Below, in pieces: positions 35,301 to 47,959 of a stretch of 64,000 bases of DNA. Numbering within the stretch: the first letter of the stretch is position 1; each line of letters opens with the position of its first letter. Position numbers and translations under genes: made by a program. Source of the stretch: Camelus ferus (taxonomy: Eukaryota); the NCBI RefSeq assembly GCF_009834535.1, contig NC_045696.1:50346001-50410000 (forward strand), read 5' to 3'. A model generated the notes under the pieces. The model saw only the letters and a list, made by a program, of their open reading frames with translations, had not been told where the DNA came from and did no database searches.

Positions 35301-37694
35301 CAAAATAGTTTGAGATAGTTGGAATGCTGTTTCCTTCTGCGACTGGAAATAGTTCCCTGGTGGGTACTGTTTTTAAAAAATAGAGTATATTGAGTTTACT
35401 TTTCTTTATAAAAGCAATTCATGATCATCAGAAAAAAATTTAAAAATACAGAAAAGGAAGGAGAGAAAAACCCCACAAAAGCCACCTGTCTGTAGTCCTA
35501 CTAGACTGGAAATAATTTTGGGAGTCAGTGGGATTTTGTGAAAAGGATATGGCTTTCAGGATCCAAAAGATCTGTATTTAATTCCGGTTCTAAACTGTGT
35601 GTCATCGGACAAATCTCTTCAATTTGAGCAGATGCTTACTAAATGGAAATTGAACAACAATAAAAACTCATCATTTTATGTATCAGAGTCACTAGAGAGG
35701 AGTACTCCCCTTTCTCTTTCATATATGGTTTAGGATCAGTGTTTAACTACCTATAATGTTCTTGCTTTGGCTTGTTTATTTTTCATTGTGAGGAGCTAAA
35801 CTCCACATCCCTGGCTTTCTCATTTCACACTTCCATTAAAGCCTTATTTTTGGCTGTTGCCATGACTCTTCTCCTTGTAGCTCTTGCCTTCCTTCTCCAG
35901 AAGCCCTTCTTTAACCCTTTCCAAGACACCTTCAGTCTTTACCTACCAACCTCAGCCATGCCAGTGATGTCTCATTCTCCATCTAGAAAGAGGGTGGGCA
36001 ACTATGAATTTGAGACAGCAAGCCCTTCTTCATAAAGCTAAATTTAAAGTGGCTACGATAAATCATATTGATGCTGTGTTTCAATGAACTACTGTAGTAG
36101 TATGTCCACATGCTAAAGTAATTCAGAATACAGTTGTTGGAAAGGCTATTGCCTCTTCATGTCCATTGTACCCTGCCTGACTGCTATGTAATTTGGAAGA
36201 GCACCAAACTACATGAAAGTCCGGCCACTCCTCCAAGTCCCTCTCATGCGGTGTGCAGGGCAGCCCCCAGGAGTCCTAGGTGGGAGAAGGCTGAGGGTCT
36301 GCATGGAACCTTTCTCCTTTACCCGGGCTGCTGAGAGAGGCTTATGAAGCTCAGGGGTAAAATTCAGAAATCTCAAGCAGCATTGAAACCTTAATGCATC
36401 TCAAAACCCAAAGCAAAGCAAAACAAAAATGTACCTTACTTATAAATAACTTTCCTGGAATGAGATGGAGTAATACTTCATGAAAAGCCATGGATTGTGA
36501 AAATTAGTTTGGTGGGTGGAGTTCAACATTTTTTAAAATGAAAAGATAGAATAAAATAGGAAATACCAAAATATAAAGTAGATGATACCGGTAGATAAAA
36601 AAGGTGCATCTGTGTCTATGTGTGTGCCTTTGTAAGGCAAATCAGTTTTTCCACGGTCACAATTAGAAACCCTTGAAATAGGAACCTGGCTCAGATGAGA
36701 GTAGGCTGATACTAGAGACCCGAAGAGGGCAGGTTGGGAAGAGTAGGGTAGGGAAAGTAGGGTAGGAGAAAGGAGGGTGCTTTCCAATAATCAAATTAGG
36801 TACCAAAAATCAGACTGGTCCTTCACAATTCTGCCAAACTTACACACACACGCCACACCATACCAGACCCTACTTCTGTCCCTAACATCACTCTCCTGAA
36901 CACCTAAAAACTCCCCAGTTGCTGATTCTGGTATAAATGCCATAGACTCCAGCCTTGATCTGAAGGAATCTTCTTGGAAAATGTCTACCCAGGTGGATGT
37001 CCTCAAGAAGATCAAAAACACCCAGAGACTTCTGCTTCTTTCCTGGGCTGGGTGTGAACAGTTAATAAAGGAGTGATCCACCCCCCTGTTCTTTACAACA
37101 CTTCCTATTTTAGAGTCTCTGCTTTGGAATATTTGGATGAATGACATCATACACAGAGCCCCCATCTAACCCATTAGGTTAGATGATAAGCAGTTATAAT
37201 TCAAACATGAGAATACCTGAGGTTTTGTGTTCTTTGTCACTTATATCACTTGTTCTACAAATGCTGCAACAGTCTTTCTTAGAAACTAGTGTCCAGTTAA
37301 ACCAGGTCCATTGCTCAGTTCTCTCTAAACTGTGGAGTGTGCGTGTGCAGCTTCTTCACCCAGTGTTTGATCTCAGACAGTACCTTAGAAAGGCTGCAGT
37401 CCAGGCGGCTGAGCTAAAGCCACAAGCATCTCTTCTAACTCTCCTCATTTGGGTACGCTTAACCATTTTCTCACCCTTCTTGCCAATGTGCAAACCCCAC
37501 ATAGAGAGTGTGAGAATGAGGTTGAGAGAGTTAGGGAGAGAGAAACTGAAAGGCACTCAGCCATGGGGATGCTGCCGCCTTGCCGGAGCAGCGTGGGTGG
37601 GAGGCTGCAGCGACTCTCTGGGTCCCCTCAGCTGCTGGGGCTGCCCAGCCCCTCCCCAGCCCCCTTCTTCCTTTGGGGCTAAAGAGGCAGCCTC

Positions 37695-37841
37695 CTTTGA
37701 GCTCCTCTCGTGCCATTGCTTTGAGTTCTTTGAGCATCTCTCAAAGAACTTCTTCGAGCTTCTTACTGGTTTCTTCTTTCCTGCCATTGTTTTGAGTTCT
37801 TTGAGGTTTGAGTTCTTTGAGCTCCTCTCCTGCCATTGCTT
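37695..37841. repeat. Local patchwork duplication with an 11-bp perfect inverted repeat
   Basis: 27-bp direct repeat ctttgagctcctctc(g/c)tgccattgctt at 37695-37721 and 37815-37841. Inverted repeat agttctttgag/ctcaaagaact at 37724-37750. Confidence 0.9.
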
Positions 37842-38024
37842 CCCCCATCCCCTACCCCAGGACACCTTCCTGTAAGCACTAGGCTGCTGTTCAGGGCACC
37901 TCACCTGGGAAACCTCCTTCAGTGACCTTTGCTTTTTCTGTTACCCTCTGAAAGTTTAATTTCTACAACTAGTTACCTTAATTTTGGTCTTCCTTGTAGC
38001 ATATGTAACTGTTAGTGCTCCAAT

Positions 38025-38180
38025 CCCAGGGACATGAAGAGGGCTGCTGGGGTGCCCACAGTTTTCTATTTCTCTAAGTGATGATTTCACAGGTGTGTTC
38101 ACTTTGTGATAGTTCATTGAGCTGAACACTTGTGATTTGTGTATGTCCTGTACATATGTTACATTTCAATAAAAGAGTTT
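38025..38180 (+). mobile_element. L1ME-type 3' end fragment
   Basis: cacaggtgtgttcactttgtgatagttcattgagctgaacactt...tatgttacatttcaataaaa. Confidence 0.7.
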
Positions 38181-39042
38181 AAATATTCCTTGTCCACTGG
38201 ACTATTCCCTGTCCCGTAGAAAAACACTGGTCCAGAAACATGGAGACTTGAATTCCAGTCTTAGGCCTGTTGTCATTGATCTGAACTGATTTAGGTAAGT
38301 TATTTGGCCTCTCCAAATGTCAGCTCATACAACTATAATATAGATCCTCTGTTTCTGCCTTCTTGACCTCACAAGGATCCTTCTAGAGATTAGATGAGGT
38401 TATGGCATAAAAGCATATAAAAGTGGAAAGAGCCAGACAGACGTGAGGTTGATTTTCTCAGGAGCCTCCTGCTTGCATCCGTGTCTCCTGGTCTGGACTG
38501 GGTGGCAGGCAGCCAGGGATGAGGCTTTTGCACCTTTTTGTGCAGTAGCAATAGAAATACTTTTATGCTATGAAGCATCATTTAAAAGAATGTCTCCTCA
38601 TTCCCCAGCCTGGCTTCACAAGTCACCTCAGAGAACCTTCCCCATGCCTTCTCTGAGCCCCTGTTTGCAGTTTCCCACATGGTTTGACTCATGAAGACTC
38701 CTGCCTTTCCCTTGGGGCCACATGTTAAGACTTGCTCATCCTGTGGCACGCAGAAAGTTGTAGCCTGGCAGGAAGCAGCTGCAGTGGACCTCACAGGTAG
38801 AAGGCAGTGGAGCAGGAGGAAGGAAAATGGGATGTTAGAAGTATGAAGATGCTGCAAATAGAAGGGCCTGATCACCTCCACCATGGGCAGAAGTGAAAAG
38901 GAGGGACTCCCCTTGGACAGGAGATGTTGAACTTCTTGCTCAGAAGTTTATGGTCAATCAAAAGGCAATTCTATATGGCCTTCTGTGCTGGACGAAGACC
39001 CCTACTAGAGCTACAAAGCTAATCTAAGGGCTAGGAGGGACA

Positions 39043-39272
39043 GTATGATGTGAAGGCTCAGGATACCAACTTTGGGGTCTGGTAGACCTCAGTTTGAATC
39101 TTGGCTCTGTGTCTTTCTAGAGAGAGACTTTGACCTTGCTAAATCTCACTTTATTCGTCTGAAACTATGCTGGTAGATACCTGATGAGTTTTTCATGAGA
39201 TTAAATGAAAGAATGTATGAAAAGCCCTTAGCATTGTGCCTGGTACATGGTTAGCTCTCAGTAAATATTAGT
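39043..39272 (+). mobile_element. MIR SINE
   Basis: agacctcagtttgaatcttggctctg...gagattaaatga...cttagcattgtgcctggtacatggttagctctcagtaaat. Confidence 0.8.
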
Positions 39273-39624
39273 AATTCTTGTTCCTATTAAATGCAAAGGA
39301 GAGCCTCATAAGTTTGAAATAGAACATAAAGGTAACCCTGGTGTGTATATGGGTACCAAAAGGATGGGAAATACAAATAAGGAACAATCACAGGGCAAGC
39401 TGTTTAAGTGTGAGGTTTGGGGGAGTGGAGAGCAGAGAATGTGACTTAAGGGACAGACCTTACAACATTTAGAAGGATAACACAAATGATTTAGTGTTTT
39501 TTAGTTTGTTAATATGGCAAGTTCTTAATAGTTTTTCATCTCCAGCACTGTGGTACGGGTTGAGGAAATTTGCTAACATTAAACTGGTTATATAAGGTAG
39601 CAAAGATGTCTTAAAAATATTATA

Positions 39625-40520
39625 AAAATAAATAACTCTTACAGGGAAAGATTGATTAGACTTCATTAAATTTAAGAACTGTTCACTAAAATACACCATT
39701 AAGAGCATGAACAGACAAGCCAGACTAGGAAAAGATATTTGCAACCCATATATCCAACAAAGGATTTAAAGTAGTTAAAGAAATCACATATGTCAATAAA
39801 AAAAAAAGACAGTCAACCCAAATAAATAAAAGTTTAAAGCGTAGAAAAAATGGCAATAGACTTGAACATCATAAAGAAGATATCCAAATGGCCAATAAGC
39901 ACATGAAAAGGAGCTTACTCATCAGGGAAATGCAAATGAAAACCACTCTTTGCCCTCCAAACTAGGGATTGGGGAGGTGTTGGCAAAGATACAGAACATC
40001 TAGTATTCTCATATGTTGCTGTTGGGAGTGGAAATTGGTACAGACACTTTGGAAATGGGTTTAGAAGTAGTTACTATAGCTATGGATATGCATATCCTAT
40101 ATCCCCCCAGTTCTACTCCTTACTGCACAAGAATGGTCATAGCAGCATTGTTCACAACAGCCCCAAACCAAAAACAGTTCAAATGTCCATTAACAATGAA
40201 TAAGCAAATTGTGATACATTTATAGAAATGGAATATTACTCAGCAATGATGATGAGCAGACAACTGCTAACATAAAAACATGGGTGAATCTCACAAATGT
40301 AATGTTGAGTGAAAGAAGTCCAACACAGGCATACAATTTCATTTACATAAACTTGAAATGGCAAAGCAATCTGTGATGATCCATGGCAAGGTGGTGGTTT
40401 TCTTTAGGGAAGGGAAGGTAACTGAGAAGGACACAGGGTGGAGAGACACTGGAATGATTTTTCTTTTTCTATTTCTAGATTTTATGAAAGTTACAAAAAT
40501 TTCAGTTTTAAAAACTTCAT
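39625..40520 (+). mobile_element. Old L1 (L1MC/ME-type) 3' fragment
   Basis: aaagaagatatccaaatggccaataagcacatgaaaag...tcagggaaatgcaaat...gaatctcacaaatgtaatgttgagtgaaagaag. Confidence 0.8.
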
Positions 40521-41138
40521 CGATTTGACTATTTATGAATTTTGTATTTTTCCAAATGTGTTATAGGTCAATAAAAAATAAGTGTACTTACAAACCAAGT
40601 AGAACCTGCTCCCACTCCCATGTAACCCCTGAAAGAGAAATGCATCACTGTGATTTGTGAGATGTGGCCCCGTGTGTGCAGGTGACTTTGCCAGATGACT
40701 TGGATATTCTGCAGTCCTTTCTGGGAGGGCCCACATAATCCCCTCAATGGTGCCTAGGAGTTGGCGGAAAGATCAGGCAGGCAATGAAGAGTTAATGAGA
40801 CGCAACTCTGAGAAACTCAGTGAATTTATGAAGCAACTTACACACCTTAAAAGAGAGTCAGGGCCATATGTCCTACTAGAAGGAGGACTCAGACAGCAAG
40901 GTACAAGGAAAGTCTTGAGGAGGCAGCAGACTGCATCTGGGCCTTGCACTTCCTGGTGAGTCAGGGACTGTTGTTAGAAGAAAACTGAGGCATGGAGAGA
41001 TTACGTTACCTCCTCTAGTCACCTGCTGTGAAGTGTCAGGATCTGAATCCAGGATCTGAACTTCAGCAGCCTGGCTCCACAGCTTGGAAACTTGTCCACT
41101 ATGCTGTGCAACCTCTCACAGGACGCATGAACTCTAGG

Positions 41139-41435
41139 ACAGTTCTGTCCAGTAGACATTCAATGCAAGCCACATAGGTGATTTAAAATTTCTGATAACC
41201 ACATATGAATATGTAAGAATAAAGAGGTGAATTCATTTTAAAGTTATACTTTATTTAAACTGATATATCCAAAATATTATCATTTATGCTTGTAATAATA
41301 AATATAAAAATAATTATTGATGAGAGAGTTCACTTTTTTTAATACTTGATTTTGTAATCCTGTGTGTATGTTACACTTACAGTTTGTCTCCATTTCAAGT
41401 GCACGTGTGGCTGGTGATCAGCATGTTGGACAGCC
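41139..41435. mobile_element. MER33-like hAT-Charlie MITE
   Basis: ctgtccagtagacattcaatgcaagccacata...atatatccaaaatattatcattt...ttggacagc, with terminal inverted repeats. Confidence 0.8.
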
Positions 41436-43376
41436 TGGGTCTGGAGAGCTGCAGAAGGAACGGGAGGACTACCCAGGTGAGAGGAATGGCTTGTGAGAAG
41501 GCTCAGGGGGAGGAGTGCTCTGAGCATTTGGGGCATCTTTCTGTGAACTGCCAGAATCTGAGCATCCCAACAGCTGCTCCTAGGGAAATTTGCTCTGCCA
41601 CACGGCAAACAGACCCCTTTCTTCCTCTAGAGATTAAAGAGAGCTGAGAGCGCACATCCAAAATGGCCTGTCCCCAGAATCCCATGGGCTCAGGCTTTCA
41701 GACCCATAGTCAATAGGCATTAAGATGAGACCCACTGTCAGCCATGCCCCTGTAAGTCTCAGAGTCTGAGGCCAAGCCCTCACCTCCTATGCTATGCTAT
41801 GCCTCCACTCCCCTTCAGGCACGCCCCTCTCAGGCTCTTTCTTCATCCTCTTCTCTGCACCCACTTTACCCTCCTCCTCCTTACTGACTTCACAACTTGG
41901 GGGCTGCTACTCAGCCTTCTTGCCTCCACCCCTCTGCCTCTCCAAACCTCCTGTACCCTTTGCTCAAGACCCTGGTACAGCCTCTTCACATAGTTTATGA
42001 AGAGCCTCACTCTAACGAGCAACCACAGCCTGGGCTGCACAGTCCTGTCTGTGTAACCCCACTCACCTTTGTCTGGTCAGTTTCACAGCCAGTTTGTTCC
42101 CTGATCATACATGTATCTTCTATCAGTGTCAGATAGACGGTGTGCAACTTATAAATAAGTATTGTGAGAATAAAACTGTCAACGGTTGAAAGAAGCTGCA
42201 TTCTCATGCCAGCCTGACTCTGAAAACAGGATGAATGAGGTAACTGCATTTTATAGTCATTGTGAGTTTGCCAAATAATGGCTGGTTGAATCATTCTCTG
42301 AAGTCTTTCTGATTACAACATTAACTATGAATTAATTCTCCATCTGTATAGGAAGTAATTATACACAGTAATGTGAGCTATGCCCATATTTACCTCATTT
42401 AGAAATGCTGGAATTCACATTTTGAGATGCTCTAGCAATAACGGACTGAGAGATGCTCGTTTGCAAACAATCCTGCCTTGGAGGCGTGAGCAGGTCGTAA
42501 CAATACCAAGTGTTAGGGTCAGCATGGACAGAGATACGTGAAATGCAAATAAATAATTTTCTCAAAAGGTTTGCAATCATGCCCTATTCCTGTGTAACCC
42601 TAGGGAAAATTTAATTAAAATAATTGCATTATCATCCCTCAATCTGTAGTTCTTACTTTGAGGTCATCATCAAACCATGGAAATTTCTCTGATTCTTGGA
42701 AACAATGGCTATTTCAGGAAACTGGTGGTTATCAGGACCATGTCAGTTGGTATGTTTTAAACCACAGGTGGAAACTCTATGCCAGGACCTGGGTAAAGTG
42801 CCAATTTTGCTAAACATGTAAAGTACTGAGCACACAAGAGCAAGTGCAAGTCTTTACCTCTCTGAACTGGTTCTCTTTTCATCTGTAAAATGGGTGGAAG
42901 TAAACTCACATCTTCAGGTGGAGTCAAACACCAGGCAGAATGCATGTCTATTTCAGGGCTCTGCTGCACCCAGCAGGGTAGCAGGGTCAGGGGGTACAGA
43001 GTACCCTAAGGAAAAGAATGAGAATGAACTTGCCTGCTCTGATTCTCCCAGAAGTGGATGGAGCTTTGCATCTAGTTTCATGAAGGGAATTATGGGGAAG
43101 AAATATGAGCCTCAGGAGAAGAAAGCAGAGTTAAGCCCCTCCTCAATCCATGGCACCCAATCATCACTATTCTGGGCAAGGATTTCTCTCATTTTGTTAG
43201 GCTTTGTCTTTTTTTTTTAATAAGTTTCCTCTGCATCCCTGGCACCCACCCCACATACTAATATGTACCTGGATGTGTGTGTATATTAATACATTTGAAA
43301 TTTCATGATGTTATATCATCTTTGTATATATTCTAAATATATATGTATGTAAACATATAAATAGATATGCAAATGT

Positions 43377-43402
43377 AGATAGATAGATAGATAGATAGAT
43401 AG
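43377..43402. repeat. (GATA)n microsatellite
   Basis: Directly visible. Confidence 0.9.
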
Positions 43403-43537
43403 CTGTAGACTATGGAACACATTCTTTTGCTTCTTTTTTCACTCAGGTCTATGCTTTTAAGACTTGCCCATGTGCTTGAGGAACTATCGTCCACATTCAC
43501 CTATTTATTCCCCAGTGATGGACATAGGTAGACAGAC

Positions 43538-43760
43538 CATAAAGCACAATGGTTAGGAGTGCACACCCAGGAGCCAGACTGCCTGGCATCGTTCACATTC
43601 GCTAGCTGTGTGAACTTGGCCCATATACTTCACCTCCCCATACCTCAGTGTTCTCATTTCCAAAACAGAGATGGTAATAGTGTCTACCTCATGTAGAGTA
43701 CTGAGAATGTGAAGTACTAAGCACACGTAAGCATTCAGCCAGTGTTAGCCATCATTATTA
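43538..43760 (+). mobile_element. MIR SINE within an old minus-strand L1 fragment (about 43230-43975)
   Basis: gcacaatggttaggag...ggagccagactgcctgg...gctgtgtgaacttgg...cctcagtgttctcatt. The flanks show L1ME-like ccaaattggtctccagaatgactgccccagtctacattcccacca. Confidence 0.7.
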
Positions 43761-45409
43761 TCATCATCATCATTATACTTCCCACACCCAGTGCTGCATC
43801 AAGCCCCCTCATACACATCCCTTAATGGACCTGTGCCTGAGTTTCTCTGGGCTGAAGACTCCAGAGAGGGATGGCTGGGTCATAGGGCGTAGGCTCACTT
43901 AATTTCACCAAGTACTGCCAAATTGGTCTCCAGAATGACTGCCCCAGTCTACATTCCCACCACCGGTCCCTGAAGGTTCCGGGAAAAGTTTTCTCAGCCA
44001 GTGAGAGTACAGATTTTAACAAGTCTCCTCTCGAGTTGCACTGACATCATCTGTCTGGGAGACTTCTGTCCAAGTTGGGTGGAGAAACAGCTCTCAGACA
44101 CGTGGCTGATTTAGAAGTCTGTGCTGTTCTGCTCTGCAGAGCCCTAAACTCTGCAGTAATTATTAAATAGTAGGCTCACAATCTTGGGGAGGCATCAGAA
44201 CAACCCCGAAGAGGGGAGGTTCAAAGTGCTTCTCCAGAGGATTCTGATCCCACACCATAGGAGAGCATGCACCTCCCACTCTTTAACCCCAAGTAAGAGT
44301 CCCTGCCTCTGAGAGCCACTGTCACTGATAGATGGATGTTGTCAGCACAGGACAAAAGGTGGAGAACCACCAGGGGAAGGATAGGCCTGCAGGGTCAGGG
44401 GCCTGGAGTTGCTAGAGGCCACCAAAGCAACCTGTTGGAGCAGGAAGGTCCCCTTCTGCAGAAGATTCTCCTACTGTCAGACATCTCTCTATAGTCTGGA
44501 TAATACCAGAAATGTCACTACTCAATCCAGTCTTTTGAATTAAGCTCATATTTTCTCTTGAAGACCATGCTCTGTCAACAAGTTACCTGGGCTCTATGTT
44601 ATTTGGGCTTTATTGCCTACAGCCCAATAACTGTTAGTACCAGAAGGTGTGAGTATCTAAGCAGCAGTCCTTGAGGGACTTGGATGTTTGGTAGGCAAAG
44701 TATGATCAGTGTTTGATAGACTTGAAAGATGTGTGTCTCAGGCTTCGCAATAGTGAGTACAGCTCTAGAGGAGATTCTGAGGCCCACTGGGAAGTGTCAT
44801 TTAAATCCAGCCTGATACCCATATCTTCATAAAGATGCTAAACACTACACTTAATAACTGTCAGATTGAAAGCTGATATTGGGGGCTAGGGTTTGGGCAA
44901 AGGGACAAGGGCAGGGACTAGGTGTGCAAGGGTAGGAGAGGTTGGGGTAAGTAAAATGGCAAGTAATACAAGATGTTAAGGCTTGAGAACTGGGTCCAGA
45001 TGCCAGAGAAAGAGGTTCTGTGCCAGTTTCCCCTTATCCGTGATTTCTCCCTTACAGTATGTTCCGTCCTCATCCCACTCCCACTCCCACATAGGGAAAG
45101 CAGGGCTATTGCATCCAGAATGCATCTTCTCAGGTTTTTTCTCCCCAGTTTGAAGCCGAATTGGTATTGATGAGTGTCTCTATCTCTTCCTTCTGGAACC
45201 AGGTCCTGATGGATCCAGCCTCCATAGCCCTACAAAGTAGGTTCCTCAGTCCCCATCCAAAAGTTTGCCCTGCCCCAGAAGAGACAGGCCCAAAAAGGAG
45301 AAATTCAAGCCAGTTTTTCCCAGTTATTTGAGTCCTGGCCCCAATTACTGTGGCCTCTAGTCTGTCCCTAATTTTGACTCTCCAATTCTGAAAACTGGGC
45401 CTCAGCCTT

Positions 45410-45760
45410 AGCTCAGAAATATTTATGGAACCCCTGCCATGAACCAGGCACTGTGATCCTTACTGGAGATATAATTGTGACTAAGGTACTGGCCCTTGCC
45501 TCATGGAGATTACAGGATAGGATCCAGTAAGTAGAAAGTTTGCAGTAAACTGTGATGAACACTAAGATGGGGAAATGGAAGCATGTAGGAGGGCAGCTAA
45601 CCCAAAAGGCAGGAAGGACTTCCTGATGAAGTGATAGCTAAGCCCTGATGCGAAAGACAAGTAGAAGTCAACCCAGCAAAGAAGAGTGCATGTGGGGGTG
45701 CAGCAGAGATGTTGGAGGAAGGAACAGCAAGTTCTATGGCCAAGAGATTAAAGAAAGCAG
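45410..45760 (-). mobile_element. L2 LINE 3' fragment
   Basis: cagaaatatttatggaacccctgccatgaaccaggcactgtg...cccttgcctcatggag...ggaaggacttcctgatgaagtga. Confidence 0.7.
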
Positions 45761-47263
45761 GACAGGTTCAAGGTTTTAAACATAATTCTGTAAATCTGAA
45801 GCCACAGAGGATCATGGAGGAAGAGCAAGATATGTGACTCATGGAGTAACTAGGAACCAGATGACCACTGGCCTTACAAGTAGAGAGAGCATATACATTT
45901 ATTGTCCAAATTGAGAACCCAACAATTATAAACTGGGACTGTTCTGGCAAACCAATCCATATCATCACTTTATTTATAAATTGAGTTTTATATTTGGCTC
46001 TAACCAAATCTGGCTCTATGTCTTCCTATACTGAACCTCACCCAGCAGCTTAAAACATATGTCCCTCCTGTACAGAGGCCTGACTTGCTCTTGCTGAACT
46101 TCTCCTAGGAGAAGACTTGTCTTTCCATGTATTTGGATTCACATATTGCCCTCATTTCTGGGTAAGCTATAAATATGCCCAGTCCCATAGTCAGAAGCAT
46201 CTGATCCTCCTTCTGCTAAACCAGTTGGCCTCCTTGCCAGAAGCCAAGACTATACTCCCATATGTGCTCTATGCATGTGTGTAAAAGTAATTGCATATTC
46301 TGTTTCTCCAGTTGATCTTATCCCAGGGCAGTTAACCAGGAACTTCCAGAAGAGATGACATCTACAGTATCCAAAAAGCTACTTATTTGTGTCATCTATC
46401 TCCTAATAAAACAAACCTATTTTTCACACCAAGATTGTTTCATTTTTTACCAGCACCTAAATATGCACTGAGTCAGCATCAGAAGGCTAGAGTTCACATC
46501 CTCACTATCACATCCTCACTATCCACCTGACAGTTCTATGAATTTAGACAAGCTACTTGACTTCTTTGAGACACATTCTCCCATTTACAAAATAAAGAAA
46601 ATAGTACCAGTTTCACACCATTGTCAGGAAAGAGCATAGTTGATAGAAAATAGCTTAGTGTCTGATTTGTGGCAAAGGCTTCATATAGCTTTCTTTCTTT
46701 TTAAAGAACCTAAATTTAGCAGCTGCTAATCCCCCTACCCCTGCTTTCAGTAACCATAGATCTGATATATTTTTCTATGTTTGTCTGTTTGTTTTTGAAG
46801 TATGATTGACCTACACCACTATGTTATTTCCTGTTATATGACATAGTAATTCAGTATTTCTATACGTTTCAAAATGATCATCACAATATGTCTAGTTACC
46901 TTCTGTCAACCATACAAAGATTACATAATTATTCCCTACACTGTATATTTCATACTCATGACTCATCTGTTTTGCAAATGGAAGTTTATACCTCTTAATT
47001 TCCCTCACCTATTTCTCTCCTCCCCTCACGCCTTCTCCTCTGGCAACTACCTGTTTGTTTTCTGTATTTATGACTCTGTTTCTGTTTTGTTATGCTTACT
47101 CATTTGTTTCATTTTATAGATTACACGTATAAGTGAAACCATAAAGCATTTGTCTTTCTCTGTTTGACTTATTTCACTTAGCATAATATCCTCTAGGTCC
47201 ATCCATGTTATCGCAAATGGGAAAGTTTTCATCATTCTTTTTTATGGATGAGTAATATTCCAA

Positions 47264-47272
<9 letters not shown>

Positions 47273-47310
<38 letters not shown>
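47273..47310. repeat. (TG)n microsatellite
   Basis: Directly visible. Confidence 0.95.
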
Positions 47311-47318
<8 letters not shown>

Positions 47319-47804
47319 CTATATATGTCATATATATATGTCTATCTTCTTTAACCATTCATCTATTGATGGGCACTTAGGTTGCTTTCAAACCTTGGTT
47401 ATTGTCAATAATGCTGCAGTGAACATAGGGGTGCATATTTCTTTTTGAATTGGTGTTTTATTTTTCTTCAAATAAATATTCAGGAGTAGAATAGCTGAAT
47501 CCTATAGTAGTTCTATTTAAAAATTTTAAAGAAACTTCATACTGTTTTCCATATTGGCTGGACCAATTTACATTCCCCCTAACAGCACATGAGGGTTCCC
47601 TTTTCCCTATGTCCTTGCCAGTACTTGTTATTTGTTATCTTTTTGATGATAGCCATTCTGTGAGGTGATATCTCATTGTAGTTTTGATTTGCATTTCCCT
47701 AATGATTATTGATATTAAGCATCTTGTCACGTGCTTTTGGCCATCTGTATGTCATCTTTGGAAAAATGTCTGTTCAGGTCTCTGCCCATTTAGTTGGGTT
47801 GTTT

Positions 47805-47959
47805 TTTTTTTAATTATTTCAAGTTTAAAAAAAAATTGGGGGCGAGTAATTAGATTGATTGATTGATTGATTGATTGATTAATGGAGGTACTGGGGATTT
47901 AACCCAGGAACTCCTGCATGCTAAGCATGCACTCTACCACTAAGCTATACCTGCTTCCT
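47805..47959 (-). mobile_element. tRNA-derived SINE (camelid Vic-1-like) inside the L1
   Basis: ggaggtactggggatttaacccagg...ctctaccactaagctatacc. TSD GGTTGTTT at 47797-47804 and 47960-47967. Confidence 0.85.

Noticed and set aside
36791..37165. 124-aa minus-strand ORF containing MAFIPESATGEFLG
   Set aside because: Not recognised as any protein and no supporting exon structure. A tBLASTn search would be needed to revive it.
37183..37875. 230-aa plus-strand ORF (longest in the window)
   Set aside because: Its length is inflated by the stop-poor local duplication (repeated FELLSCHCF) and GC-rich promoter-like sequence. No homology is recognisable.
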